From Mustelus asterias (lineage: Eukaryota): a stretch of 64,000 nucleotides of DNA. Each line of letters begins with the position of its first letter. Positions within the stretch are counted from its first letter, which is position 1. The stretch lies in assembly GCF_964213995.1 (NCBI RefSeq), contig NC_135830.1, positions 16,430,001 to 16,494,000 on the forward strand, given 5' to 3'. The notes beneath the pieces are model-generated. The model was not told the DNA's origin. It saw nothing but the letters and a program-made list of their open reading frames with translations, and did no database searches. A program made the translations under genes and the position numbers. Below, piece after piece: positions 1 through 12,400 of the stretch.

Positions 1-237
1 ATATCTCTGAACTTCCTCACACCCGGTCACTCTGTGATCCTTGTGAAATCTGAAACCAGATATTCACAACAAGACTCAAAGAGCATCAGCCCACTGGAGG
101 CAAAGTCGTGAGACCGGCCAGTCCAGCAGAAAGAAACCCCCCGACCCTCCCCATTGACCAACTGTGAGAATGAACAAAATGCAGTCCTGGATGTAATTGA
201 GAGCAGAAACAATAACAGCAGAATCCAACCCCTGGAA

Positions 238-1080
238 TCACTCGTGAACCTGTTGGTGTCTCAGCAGCTGGGATGAAACTCTGAAACCCTTCCCACACTG
301 AGAGCAGGTGAACGGTCTCTCCCCAGTGTGAACTTGCTGGTGTGTCTGCAGATTGGATGACTGAGTGAATCCCCTTCCACACTGAGAGCAGGTGAATGGC
401 CTCTCCCCAGTGTGAACTCGCTGGTGTCTCCGCAGGGTGGATGACAGAGTGAATCCCTTCCCACACTGAGAGCAGGTGAACGGTTTCCCCCCAGTGTGAA
501 CCCGCTGGTGTATCTGCAGATTGGATGACTGACTGAATCCCTTCCCACATTGAGAGCAGGTGAACGGTTTCTCCCCAGTGTGAACTCGCTGGTGCTTCTG
601 CAGGGTGGATGACTGAGTGAATCCCTTCCCACACTGAGAGCAGGTGAATGGCCTCTCCCCAGTGTGAACTCTCTGGTGTGACCGTAGGCTGGATAAGTCA
701 GTGAATCCCTCCCCACACTGAGAGCAGATGAATGGCCTCTCCCCAGTGTGAACTCGCTGGTGTGTCTGCAGCTGGGATAACCGAGTGAATCCCTTCTCAC
801 ACTGAGAGCAGGTGAATGGTTTCTCCCCAGTGTGAACCTGCTTGTGTCTCCACAGAGCAGATGCCTGAGTGAATCCCTCCCCACACTTAGAGCAAGTGAA
901 CGGCCTCTCCCCAGTGTGAACTCGCTGGTGTTGCTTCAGGATGGATAACCGAGTGAATCCCTCTCTACAGTGAGAGCAGATGAACGGCCTCTCCCCAGTG
1001 TGGCTGCGCCGATGAGCTTCCAGCTGGGATGGGGTTCTGTATCTCTTCCCACAGTCCGCACATTTCCATGGTTTCTCCAT
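238..1080 (-). CDS. C2H2 zinc-finger protein (ZNF-A), 10 tandem fingers
   Basis: ATG at 1080 (MEKPWKC...; the ORF track starts at an upstream TTG). Ten C-x2-C...H-x3-H fingers with TGERPF linkers; stop at 238. Confidence 0.9.
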   Translation of the reverse strand: MEKPWKCADCGKRYRTPSQLEAHRRSHTGERPFICSHCREGFTRLSILKQHQRVHTGERPFTCSKCGEGFTQASALWRHKQVHTGEKPFTCSQCEKGFTRLSQLQTHQRVHTGERPFICSQCGEGFTDLSSLRSHQRVHTGERPFTCSQCGKGFTQSSTLQKHQRVHTGEKPFTCSQCGKGFSQSSNLQIHQRVHTGGKPFTCSQCGKGFTLSSTLRRHQRVHTGERPFTCSQCGRGFTQSSNLQTHQQVHTGERPFTCSQCGKGFRVSSQLLRHQQVHE

Positions 1081-2097
1081 GGTACAGGTGTCCTTGCCTC
1101 TCTCTTGGGTGGACAATCAGTTGAAGCCTCGTACACACACAGAACACGAGTACAGTCTCTCCCTGCTGTGAATGATGTGATATTTATTCAGGCTGTGTAA
1201 CTGGTTAAAGCTCTTTAGTCCGTGCGCTGGAACACTCTCACTCGAGTGTGGCAGTGTGTTGGTGCTTTTCCAGTCACACTGATGTTTGAAATCTTTTCAA
1301 ATCGACAGACTGGACAATCATTTCTCCTTCTGGATTCAAAGGCTGATGATATTCAGCTCCCAAGGAATATGACTCTGTCAGATCTAGACGTGACGTTTGA
1401 GATTTCGGAATGCGATTCCTCTTTCAATATCCTGTAAAATGAGTTTATTAAAGCCATCACTGTCGGAACAGGATAGAAATTCAGAAGATACAATTCCAGT
1501 TTCTATAGAACATTATTTCCTCCCTCATTTCCCAAAAGTTGTAAATCTCCATCCCACACACTCTCCCTCCATTCTCACTCTGCTGTATCTAGTATTCACC
1601 CTCCCATTCTCCTGAAGGTGCTGATTGAGGCTGATTGACAGATCCATGCTCACTGCTTCCTCTCCAGCACATAGAAATTATAAGAAACAGGAGCTGCAGT
1701 TGGCCATTCAGCCCATCAAACTGCCTCAATCATTGATTGAGAATTGGCCAATCTACCTCAGCGTGGGGTGCATAATTCCAAAACTACGCCACATACTTGA
1801 GTGAGGAAATCCCTCCTCATCTTAACTTTCTCTCCCTTTTTCTCCCTGTTCCCCATAACGCTTGACGCCTTTATCAATCAAAAATCAGTTTAACTCACCC
1901 TGGAATATATTCAATGACTCTCACCCTCCACTCATCCCTGTGGAAAAGAAATCCAAACACTAATGACTCTAATAGGCAAGAGACGAATGACTGGAAATAT
2001 CTAAGGTCGCTACAGTACAATATTAATCTGTCTGAAGCTCAATCTTCATTCAGAGAGGAGCAGTTTAGCTGGGCCGGAATGGAGGAAGCTGCATACA

Positions 2098-2455
2098 AGT
2101 CCCGGACTTTGATTGGCTGGAGGACCAGCGCCCATCCGGTCCTCCACGGGTTGCCATTGGTCAATCTGCCGCATGTGGACAATGTGGGGGCGGAACCCGA
2201 GCCCACGTGGGTTTGGGCGGGGCTTTGACCGCCAGCCGCGCTGAGCTGGTGTCCAATCCGCAGTGTTTTTCTTCTGTAACCAGTGATATTGCTGCCAATG
2301 GGACACTGTGTGCTGGGAACGCCCCTCTGAGTCATTGTGACCGCACAATGGAGCCCTGCCTGAATCAGCCAATAGCATTCACTGTGCTCCGCGGTGACGT
2401 CTCCGGGTTCAGGCGCGCGGACCCGGGAGCCCCGCCCCCACCCATTGTTCCCCCA
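2098..2455 (-). promoter_or_regulatory. CpG-rich promoter module (CCAAT boxes, GC boxes, TGACGT) 5' of ZNF-A
   Basis: Several ATTGG/CCAAT, GGGGCGG and GTGACGTC motifs. Near-identical copy at 36981-37335 and partial reverse copy at 27305-27445, each 5' of a ZNF gene. Confidence 0.6.
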
Positions 2456-2959
2456 GTCTGTACATTCCACACATTGTTAGTCCAGTCAGATAGACATATA
2501 TCTGTCTGGCAGCCTGCATGGAGATTTCCAGCTCTCTGTGTCCAGGACATGGATCTGTCATTCAGCTTGAATCAGCATCTTCAGGAGAATTGGGAGGGTG
2601 AATATTAGATACAGCAGAGTGAGAATGGAGGGAGAGTGTGTGGGATAGGGATTCACAGCTTTTGGGGAATGAGAATTGCTACATCCATCAACCATCCCTG
2701 AGCCTTCACAATGAATCTCTTTTCTCAGGACACTCTTACCTCTGACTTTGTCTCTACTTGTAGCTGTCTTACAAAGCAGCTGCCTGTCTGCTGATACGAG
2801 AGGCCCTGCTGGGCAAGTTTAATGCTCCATGATTGTGTCTTTAATGACTGAATAGCTATAGGAATGTGGTCAAGCCTGCTAAATCCCATGATGCTTTATA
2901 TATCAGTCAGTAATTCATTTGTTAACACAGTCCACAAGGATATATAAATACATTTAAAG

Positions 2960-3090
2960 GCAAAATATTGCGGATGCTGCGATCTGAAACAAAAACAGCA
3001 AATGCTGGAAAATATAGCGGGTCTGACAGCATCTGTGGAGAACTCTGACAAAAGGGTCATCCACACTCGAAACGTTGGTCTATTCTCTTT
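2960..3090. mobile_element. Penelope-like terminal repeat fragment
   Basis: Matches the 'atgctggaaaa...cagcatctgtggag' terminus also seen at 7195-7290, 16445-16530, 30110-30285, 31378-31510 and 41875-42000. Confidence 0.5.
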
Positions 3091-3329
3091 TTAAAATATA
3101 TATCACACAGCTGCCTCAGCCTTGGCCCACTCTAACACATACAATTGTGCAATGGTGACTGGCAGGTCAGACAACTGGTCAGAATATTAAAAATGGCCAA
3201 GAATGATGAAAAGAATGATAAGGGAGGAAACATTTGAGTATGAGAGAAAGCTTGTTCGAAGTATAAAGACCGATAACAAATGGAGCACTGGCCATAGAGC
3301 AATAAAGCACAGAAACAGGTACTTGGCCC

Positions 3330-4030
3330 AACTGGTCCATGCTGACCACTGAACTTGTCCCTCAGAATTCTCTCCAGTAACTTATCCACCACTGACGTCA
3401 GGCTCAGCGGCCTTAAATTACCAGGCTTCTCTTTGCTACTCGTCTTAAACAACGGAACAACATGAGCCACGCTTCAATCTTCCAGAACTTTGCCAGTGGA
3501 AGAGAAGAAGCAAATATCTCTGCAAGGGCCTCTGTAATTTCTTCCCTCGCCTCGCAAAAGATCCGAGAATACACTTGATCAGGCCCAGGGGATTTATCCA
3601 CCTTAAAGTGCATTAAGGCTGAAGATATTTCCACCCAAGTAACATGTGTGTGGCCCAATACATAACCTCTTATTTCTTTAGCACCCATGATATTCTCCTC
3701 AGTAAACATGGGGAGAAATATTCATTAAAAATCTCAGCCATCTCCTGTGGCTCCACACACAGACAGCTACGCTGATTTTTAAGAAGATCTATTCTCTCTG
3801 TAGCCACACTTTTATTCTTAATATAGCTATAGAGCCTCTTGGGATTTTCTTTAACCTTACCTGCCAGATCTATATCATACCCTCTTTCTGCCCTCCTGAT
3901 TGCTCTCTGAAGTGTTCTCTTACACTTTTTAATCACATCAAGTGATTCACTTGTCCCCGATTGCCTAAACCCAATGTATGCTTCCTTCTTTTACCTGACC
4001 AGAGCCTCAATATCCCTTGTCAGCCAGGGA
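3330..4030 (-). mobile_element. CR1-type LINE ORF2 fragment
   Basis: Frameshifted peptides KENPKRLYSYIK, KSPGPDQVYSRI and VVPLFK...NLRPLSLTSVV typical of CR1 reverse transcriptase. Confidence 0.85.
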
Positions 4031-4279
4031 TCCCTGGCTACATGACCTGAGCAAAGATAACAAGCCTGTACTGTGTTGTCAGCCAGCAGGCTGCTGTGGA
4101 AGCTTTCTTCATAACAGAGCAAGGGCGAGCCCTTTCTATATATTTAATTCAAGATTTTATAAGAGATTAGAGGGCAATTTATTTCGTCCATTACTTCAAT
4201 TGGACTCGTCTCCATTCCCGGTATTTCTGGACCAGACGGGACCATTTCCCTTTTTTCTGGTGGATAATGGAAGTGTCAC

Positions 4280-4695
4280 TGATTCTGATTTGATTTATTA
4301 TTATGTGTATTAGTATACAGTGAAAAGCATTGTTTCTTGCGTGTTATACAAAGCATACCGTTCATAGAGAAGGAAAGGAGAGGGTGCAGAACGTAGTGTT
4401 ACAGTCATAGTAGGGTGTAGAGAAAGATCAACTTAATGCAATGCAGGACCATTCAATAGTCTGTTGGCAGCAGGGAAGAAACTGTTCTTGAGTCAGTTGG
4501 TACTTGACCTCAGACTTGTGTATCTTTTTCCCGACAGAAGAGAGTATGTCTGGGGTGCGTGAGGTCCTTAATTATTATAGCTGCTTTGCCGAGGCAGAGG
4601 GAAGTGTAGACAGAGTCAATGGATGGGAGGCTAGGTTGTGTGATGGATTGGGCTACATTCACGACCTTTTGTAGTTCCTTGTGGTCTTGGGCAGA
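4280..4695 (-). mobile_element. Rex1/Babar-like LINE 3' end truncating ZNF-B
   Basis: Reverse copy of 10470-10913, ending in an (AAATC)n tail; it abuts the finger array at ~4696. Confidence 0.8.
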
Positions 4696-5075
4696 ATGAA
4701 TCTCTTCCCACACACAGAATAGGTGACAGGCCCCTCCCCAGTGTGAACTCGATGGTGTCTCAGCAGGTGGGATGACCAAGTGAATCCCCTCCTACACACA
4801 GTGCAGGTAAATGGTTTCTCCCCAGTGTGAACTTGCTGATGTACAATGAGGTTGGATGAATACCTAAACATTTTCCCACAGGATGTGCAGCAGAATAGCT
4901 TAACCTCAGCGTCAGCTTGCAAGTGTGACTGGAGGCAGAATGAGTCAGCAAATCCCTTCCCACACATGGAGCAGGTGAATGGTCTCTCTCCTGTGTGACT
5001 GCGTCGATGCTTTTCCAGCTGGGATGGGTAATTGAATCCCTTCCCACAGTCCTCACATTTCTGAGGTTTCTCCAT
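4659..5075 (-). pseudogene. Truncated C2H2 zinc-finger gene (ZNF-B)
   Basis: About 4 fingers (one lacking a His), then the frame runs into LINE sequence (LPKTTRNYKRS). Confidence 0.8.
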
Positions 5076-5547
5076 GGTATCAGGGTCCTTGTGTCTCTCC
5101 AGGTTGGATGATCAGTTGAAATCTCCTCCACACACAGAATACATGTACAGTTTCTCCTCACTGAATGGTGTGATTTTTTTTCAGGCTGTGTAACTGGTTA
5201 AAGCTCTTTCCACAGTCAGTTCACTGGAGCACTCTCACTCGTGTGTGTGTGTGTGAGAGAGAGAGACTCGGTGCTTTTCCAGTCACACGAATTCTTCAAA
5301 CCTCTACCCAAGTCAAATCAGAACAAACATTTCTCCTTCCACATTTAAAATCTGATGATATTCAGATCCTGATGAATTGAGCCACTCTGTTTGATCTTGA
5401 TGTGATGTTTGGTTTGAACTTTTGGCTGTAAATCCTCACTTCCAATATTCTGCAAAAGTTTACAAATTTAATCACTGTCAGAACAGGATAGAAATTCTGA
5501 ACAGACAATTCCAGTTTCTCTGGAACATTTTTTCCTCTCTTTTAAAT

Positions 5548-5866
5548 GTCGGTCCCACACACTCTCCCTCCTCCTTGGGCTGAGGTCCCAGTTCAGATGC
5601 TGGTCCCACATTCTCTCTCTCTCCCTGGGCTGAGATCCCAGTTCAGATGCTGGTCCCACACACTCTCTCTCCCCTCCCTGGGCTGAGGTCCCAGTTCAGA
5701 TGCTGGTCCCACACTCTCCCTCCTCCCTGGGCTGAGGTCCCAGTTCAGATGCCGCTCCCACACACTCTCTCTCTCTCTCCTTCCTGAGCTAAGATCCCAG
5801 TTCAGATGCCGGTCCCACACACTCTCTCTCTCTCTCTCTCATCCCTGGGCTGAGATCCCAGTTCAG
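5548..5866. repeat. Minisatellite, ~55-60 bp unit, ~6 copies
   Basis: Repeated 'cctgggctgaggtcccagttcagatgctggtcccacacactctc'. Confidence 0.9.
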
Positions 5867-5889
5867 TGTTTGGATGAGTCTCTCTGTGT

Positions 5890-6480
5890 CCCCAGGCGGT
5901 GCATTGAGAATCCGATCGCCTTCATCCCGATACCGCACCGACACTGCGCATGTTTCACTCTCAGCCCGACCCCGCCCCTCATTTAGTCCGATTGGTTGGA
6001 GCATCAGCCGCTCACACTCTAACCTCCAGCATCGCCTCCTCCGATTGGTCCGGAATCGGTGTCAATCATTGTGTGTTGGCACATGCGCAGTCGGTAGAGA
6101 CGGAAGGCAAGAGCTCGAGCGAGAGGTTTTAAAATGCGAGATTTACAAAGGGCGAGTGCGGATCCAGAGTCAAAATTAAATCCGTAAACATAAATAGAGC
6201 CAGCAGGTAAGTTAGAGAGGCTTCATAAGCTTACTGTGCCGTCACTAATCCCTCCATAAGCTTTCGGTCCCGCGTTTGCTCGGCGAGGCGATCTTTCTCC
6301 AGGAGAGACCCCAGATACCGGCCACCATCTTTATAGAGGCAATCTGCACCAAAGCGCATGCGCTGCTGCCACCTTTATACAGGGCAATGTGCACCAAAGG
6401 GCATGCGCACCAAAGGGCATGCGCTGCCGCCATCTTTATGCGGGGCAATGTGCACTCAAGTGCATGCGCAATCTCCATGC
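5890..6480. promoter_or_regulatory. CpG island, candidate bidirectional promoter between ZNF-B (-) and ZNF-C (+)
   Basis: NRF1-like GCGCATGCGC repeats, YY1-like GCCATCTTT motifs and CCAAT boxes; splice donor CAG|GTAAGT at ~6207. Confidence 0.6.
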
Positions 6481-6489
6481 AATCGCAGA

Positions 6490-7292
6490 ATGTGCAACAT
6501 CTGCCTCTTTACCTGCTCATTGCCCAAGGAGAAATACTCCTTTCAGGTGATGCAGCATTTCACTAGTACTTCCTCCAACTTGGTGAATTATATTCACTGC
6601 TCCCTTTGTGGTCTCCTCTACATTGGGGATATTAAACATACACTGGGTGACTGCTTTGTGGAAACATCTTTCACTCCAGCCCCAAGCTTGACCCCAACCT
6701 TCCGGTCACTTACCATTTCAACTCAGCGTCTTGCTCTCATGCCCACCCTTGGTCTGCTGCAATGCTTCAGTGATACACAATGCAAACTGAATGAAAAACA
6801 CCTCATCTTCCAATTGGGCAAGTTACAGTCTTCTGGACTCAACATTGCATTCAACATCTTTAGAATGTGAACTTTCCCTTCCATCTTCACTCTCCTTTTT
6901 TGTTTTCTGCTATTCAGTTCCTCTTGGCTTGTCCCAACACAACTGCCCTGCATGGCCACTGTCCCTTGTTGTTCAGTTTTGCTCCCACTGAGTACTGACC
7001 TCTGATCTTCCATTAACACATTCCGTATCTAACCTTTGCCACAGTCAACATTCTTCAATCCCTAATGATTCCATTAACACCCTCTTTTTTCTCAAGCCCC
7101 TGACATCATTATCAATCTCTCCTTAACTCTGACCGATCACTAGCTTTCCATTCTGCCCCACCCCTCTTCAAGTTTATCATTTATATCTTTTTTATGTTCT
7201 GTAGAAGGGTCACATGGACTCAAACATTAACTTTGTTTCTCTCCACAATTGCTCCCATTCTTGCTGAGTTTATCCAGCATTTTCTGTTTTTA
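6490..7292 (+). mobile_element. Decayed Penelope-like retroelement (GIY-YIG C-terminus)
   Basis: SSNLVNYIHCSLCGLLYIGDIK...HLIFQLGKLQSSGLNIAF followed by the terminal repeat. Confidence 0.75.
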
Positions 7293-8527
7293 TGCATGAT
7301 CTTTATAGGTGGCAATAAGCCATTCATAAAATGTGCGTTCACTGGGACTTTCAGATCAGCAATAATAGAATTGTAAACCCATGGTCGCTCAGTAGTATGG
7401 AATTTAAGTATTGCTGATTGAAAGAGATGTGTTTTTGAAGCTTTTCATCTTGCACTCCTCCAGACAGATGCAGAAATACAATTTTTCAAAGCAAACAACA
7501 ATTGCTGCTGCATGAGGAACATGTATTGACTGGTTCGACAGTCAGTTCTGATTGGTTAGGATGTTGCCATGGAGAATGCACCAGGGAACTATCACTCCTG
7601 CCTTTGTTTAGTTTCAGAAAAGGCCCATTGCTTGGACATGTTCCTTCTACATGCAGAGGACAGCTCCCTGTGTTTGACTATATATAGCTGCTCGCAAGTG
7701 TAAGTAAAACACTTCACAAGTCCAACTGATAATCTTTACAATTTGGTATGTTTGTGTCTGTCCAGATGAGTATAAGATACAAAAGGTTTTTAGCAATACT
7801 CCAGTGCCTTAAAGGACAAAAATACAGCAGCTAGAGGGAGAGGTGAAGGGGGAGGGTTTCAGAGTTTGGGGATGAGAGACTGAAGGCATGGTCTCAAATG
7901 GTGGAGCAATTAAATAGTGAATGTACAAGAGGCCAGAATTAGAGCAGCACAGATATCTCAGCGGGTTGCGGGGCTGGAGGATAATATAGAGATAGGGAGG
8001 GATGAAGCCCTGGAGAGATTTGAACACAAAGAGGAAAATTTTAAACTAAAGACATGAGTGGGACAGGAATTTGCAACTTTGGGGATCAAGAGATCAAAGT
8101 GTTCCATAGGAACTAGAATTTCCTGTTCTTCCGGTGACGACTTTGTAAACTCTTTTTGCAGAGAATTAAAACGGGAGGATTTGCAGACGAGAAACTCAAA
8201 CCAAGTATCATGTAAAGAGCCGACAGAGTCACTCGATTAATCAGGATTTGAATATCATCAGTCTTCGAATGTGGAAGGAGAAATGTTTGTCTGTTCTGCC
8301 TGTGGGAAAAGGTTTGAAATATCAGTGTGAATGGAAAAGCACCGAGACACACACACACCCGAGTGAGAGTGTTCCAGTGAACTGACTGTGGAAAGAGCTT
8401 TAACCAGTTACACAGCCTGAAAAAACATCACACAGTTCACAGTGAGGAGAAATTGTCCACGTGTTCTGTGTGTTCATGAGGCTTCAACTGATCATCCAAC
8501 CTGGAGGGACACAAGGACACCAACACC

Positions 8528-9286
8528 ATGGAGAAACCGTGGAAATGTGGGGAGTGTGGGAAAGGATTCAATTCTCCATCCCTGCTGGAAATTCATCAGC
8601 GCAGTCACACTGGGGAGAGGCCGTTCATCTGCTCAGAGTGTGGGAAAGGATTCACTCAGTCATCCCAATTGCTAACACACCAGCGGTTTCACACTGGAGA
8701 GAGACCATTCATCTGCTTGGAGTGTGGAAAGAGATTCACTCAGTTATCTGACCTGTCGAGACACCAGCGAGTTCACACTGGGGAGACACAGTTCACCTGC
8801 CCTGAGTGTGGAAAAGGATTCATTCAGTCATCCAATCTGCTGAAACACCAGCAAGTTCACACTGGGGAGAGACCATTCACCTGCCCTGTATGTGGGAAAG
8901 GATTCACTGGGCCCTCTGATTTGCTAAGTCACCAGCGAATTCACACTGAGGAAAAGCTGTTCAGCTGCACTTCCTGTGGAAAGAGATTCAGGTCTTCAGC
9001 CCAGCTCAGTGTACACCAGCGAGTTCACACTGGGGAGAAGCCATTCATCTGCTCTGAGTGTGGGAATAAATTTTCTCAGTTATCTCACCTGCAGACACAC
9101 CAGCGAACACACACTGGAGAGAGACCATTCACCTGCTCTGAGTGTGGGAACAAATTCACTTGTTCATCGCACCTGAGGAGACACCAGCATGTTCACACAA
9201 GGGAGAGGCCATTCACCTGCTCCGAGTGTGGGAAGGGATTCACTCAGTCTGGCAGCCTGCTGCGGCACCAACGAGTTCACAATTAA
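8528..9286 (+). CDS. C2H2 zinc-finger protein (ZNF-C), 9 fingers
   Basis: 252-aa ORF, MEKPWKC start, canonical linkers. Confidence 0.9.
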   Translation: MEKPWKCGECGKGFNSPSLLEIHQRSHTGERPFICSECGKGFTQSSQLLTHQRFHTGERPFICLECGKRFTQLSDLSRHQRVHTGETQFTCPECGKGFIQSSNLLKHQQVHTGERPFTCPVCGKGFTGPSDLLSHQRIHTEEKLFSCTSCGKRFRSSAQLSVHQRVHTGEKPFICSECGNKFSQLSHLQTHQRTHTGERPFTCSECGNKFTCSSHLRRHQHVHTRERPFTCSECGKGFTQSGSLLRHQRVHN

Positions 9287-9337
9287 CTGCAGGGATTGGA
9301 TTCTGCTGTTAGTGCAGTTCAATACTGACAGTTCATA

Positions 9338-9622
9338 AGTCCATAAGACATAGGAGCAGAATTAGGCCATTCGGCCCATCGAGTCTGCTCCGCCATTCAA
9401 TCATGGCTGATTTTTTTCTCATGCCCATTCTCCTGCCTTTTCCCCATAACCCCTGATCTCTGATCTATCTCTGTCTTAAAGACACTCAATGACCTGACCT
9501 CCACAGCCTTCTGTGGCAAAGAGTTCCACAGATTCACCATTTCCTGGCTGAAGAAATTCCTCCTCATCTCTGTTTTAAAGGATTGTCCCTTTAGCCTGAG
9601 GTTGTGGCCTCTGGTTCTAGTT
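9338..9622 (-). mobile_element. CR1 LINE 3' end
   Basis: TRGHNLRLKGQSFKTEMRRNFFSQEMVNLWNSLP, followed by the CR1 3' tail. Confidence 0.85.
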
Positions 9623-10046
9623 TTATCTAGTTTGGATTTTGTTTTGTTGATGTTAATAATCCCTGTAACTGGGCTGAAGTTTAAAATTCTCGATCTAGAG
9701 CTGATTGTGTTCTCAGGGCTGCAGCTTCCCTTTAAGAACCGCTGCCTCTGATCTTTCCCCATAACTCAGCAACTCTCATCAGAAATTAGTTTACAACAAG
9801 ATTCTGAACTTTTACTTCAATCCTAAATTGATCTTTGGTACAAACTCTACAATTCAGTGTCTGAGAGGTTCCACTGATGAACATCTCCAATTAGAAAGTG
9901 CTGATTAATCCTTGCTGACAATTCTTACTGACTTGCACATTACACACAGTGCCACCTTCATTATCCACCAGAAAGAAGGGGAATGAGAATTGATGGAGAA
10001 TCGTGAGTTCCCAAATCTTACCCCTCCTGTGGGTCCAGAATTTCGA

Positions 10047-10913
10047 TTTTCAAGTTTGCTGACGACACCACCATAGTGGGTCGGATCTCAAACAATGACG
10101 AGACAGAGAACAGGAATGAGATAGAGAATCTGGTGAACTGGTACGGCAACAATAATCTCTCCCTCAATGTCAACAAAACAAAGGAGATTGTCATCGACTT
10201 CAGGAAGCGTAAAGAAGAACATGTCCCTGTCTACATCAACGGGGACGAAGTAGAAAGGGTCGAGAGCTTCAAGTTTTTACATGTCCAGATCACCAACAAC
10301 CTGTCCTGGTCCCCCCATGCCGACACTATAGTTAAGAAAGCTCACCAGTGCCTCTACTTTCTCAGAAGACTGAGGAAATTTGGCATGTCAGTTACGACTC
10401 TCACCAACTTTTACAGATGCACCAAAGAAAGCATTCTTTCTGGTTGTATCACAGCTTGGTATGGCTCCTGCTCTGCCCAAGACGCAAGAAACTACAAAAG
10501 GTCGTGAATGTAGCCCAATCCATCACGCAAACCAGCCTCCCATCCATTGACTCTGTCTACACTTCCCGCTGCCTCGGCAAAGCAGCCAGCATAATTAAGG
10601 ACCCCATGCACCCCAGACATACTTTCTTCCACCTTCTTTCCTCGGGGAAAAAGATACAAAAGTTTGAGGTCACATACAACTGACTCAAGAACAGCTTCTT
10701 CCCTGCTGCCATCAGACTTTTGAATGCACCTACCTCACATTAAGTTGATCCTTCTCTGCACCCTAGCTATGACTGGCTGTGATTGTAACACTACATTCTG
10801 CACTCTCTCGTTTCCTTCTTTATGAACAGTATGCTTGTCTGTATAGCGCACAAGAAACAATACTTTTCACTGTATACTAATACATGTGACAATAAATCAA
10901 ATCAAATCAAAAA
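10047..10913 (+). mobile_element. Rex1/Babar-like LINE 3' part
   Basis: KFADDTTIVGRISNNDE...LNVNKTKEIVIDFRK reverse-transcriptase C-terminus; AATAAA followed by (TCAAA)n tail. Confidence 0.85.
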
Positions 10914-11128
10914 AGTATTCCCCTCAGCTCGGGAGTGCACACAAGTTCCAATCCAAGTACTAGGCTGTAAAAAAAAAATCACTGTCCGATAACCCTATAA
11001 AATCTTAAGAAATTTCTGGATTATTATAGAAGTAGCTCACTGTCTTATGAAGAAAGCTTCTACAGCAGGTTACTGGCTGACAAACACAGGACAGACCAGT
11101 TAACTCTGTTTGCAGCACAGGCCTTCGA

Positions 11129-12400
11129 TCTCATGACCCTCATGTAATCTAACTGTCTGCGTGAAGGTTAAAACAGGCTCTCGAGAGCGAAGAGATTTTG
11201 AAGTGATCCGTACTGGCTTCAGCCCAACACCCGCACTCTGGCTCACAACAGTTAACCATTCAGAGGAGACTGCAGCCACCAGCTACAGAGACCAGCACTC
11301 TCTCTGTGTCACCCTGTTTGTCCTCTGGGACTGGTAAATCATTCTCACCTGTCAGTTTGTGGGTTTTTCCTGTTTATTTGCCTTCTGCATCACACTTAAA
11401 CTGTTGTTCCTCAATGAACTACTTTAAGTCACTTCTGAGCTCAACACCCTTTTTGGGTAATCTGTGATTTGTGAAGCTAAATCTTACAAGTGGTGTTCGG
11501 AGTGGGATCAGTTTTCGTTAAACATGAATGGAGAAGTTCCTAAGTGAAGCCAGGACGATACAATGGCACTGCCTCATTACAGGGAATGACTGATAGATAG
11601 TCTGAGAGAAAACAGGCCGGCCGGGGGTGAGAGATATCCTGTGGATTGGAGAAGAGGGTGACACGGATTACGAGTATATCCTCAATAGGATTTCTAAACC
11701 GGTTCACAAAGGACAAATTGATGAGGTCCAGAATCAGTTAGAAAATATCCACAAGGTGGATACAAGTGAACAGAGACCTGGAGAATCTTTAAAGTTCGTG
11801 CATGAACGTGTGTTTGAACCAGATGTATTTACAGCATGTCAATAATTTAGAATTGTGAAAGATGATCTGCAGGTGGGGAGGATGAATCGAAGTCAACAGT
11901 TATCACACTTACTGGAAAAGTTTTGACATTTACTCTCGATGGCAGCTTATGGATTTGTGTGGCTGATTCTGATCATTCGAGTAGCTTCAGTCTGTTATCC
12001 AGGGAATGTCATTCAGAAATTAGGAAAGCAAGCTTGGAAACAGCTTAAAATGGTGAGGTTCGTCTGAAATCAGTTGAGATGTCAATAAGGATAATCCCTC
12101 TCTTGGTGGGGACATCTTTAAGAAATCACCAATAACCTTATATAAATCTTTGGAAATGTATTGACTATTATGGGGGTCTCTCTCTCACTCCTTTTCTTAT
12201 CAGGAAAGCTTCCTGGGTTGATAAACACAGGACAGTGTGGACCTGTTGTCTCTGCCAAAGACACTTCTGTAGCACAGAACCTGAAACAAGACAAACTTGA
12301 TCGGCTTGGGGGGTTGTCATGACCCACGTGGAAACCAACTGTCTGAGTAACGATTAAGCCGGATGTCCGAGCAAGCAATGAGCCACAAAATGACTTCATG
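11129..12400 (+). mobile_element. Decayed, internally deleted LTR retrotransposon
   Basis: LTR end '...CTTACA' (11488); PBS-like TGGTGTTCGGAGTGGGAT at 11491-11508 (complementary to the tRNA-Leu 3' end); G-run before TGTCATGACCC at 12315, which resembles TCTCATGACCC at 11129. Confidence 0.55.

Noticed and set aside
86-884. Long overlapping ORFs in alternative frames of the ZNF arrays (also 27902-28619, 33849-34481)
   Set aside because: Shadow frames produced by the 84-bp finger repeat; no independent coding evidence.
8280-8500. Selenocysteine or programmed readthrough at the conserved TGA codons upstream of ZNF ORFs
   Set aside because: The same region has extra stops and frameshifts in ZNF-C, G and H, and no SECIS was recognised.
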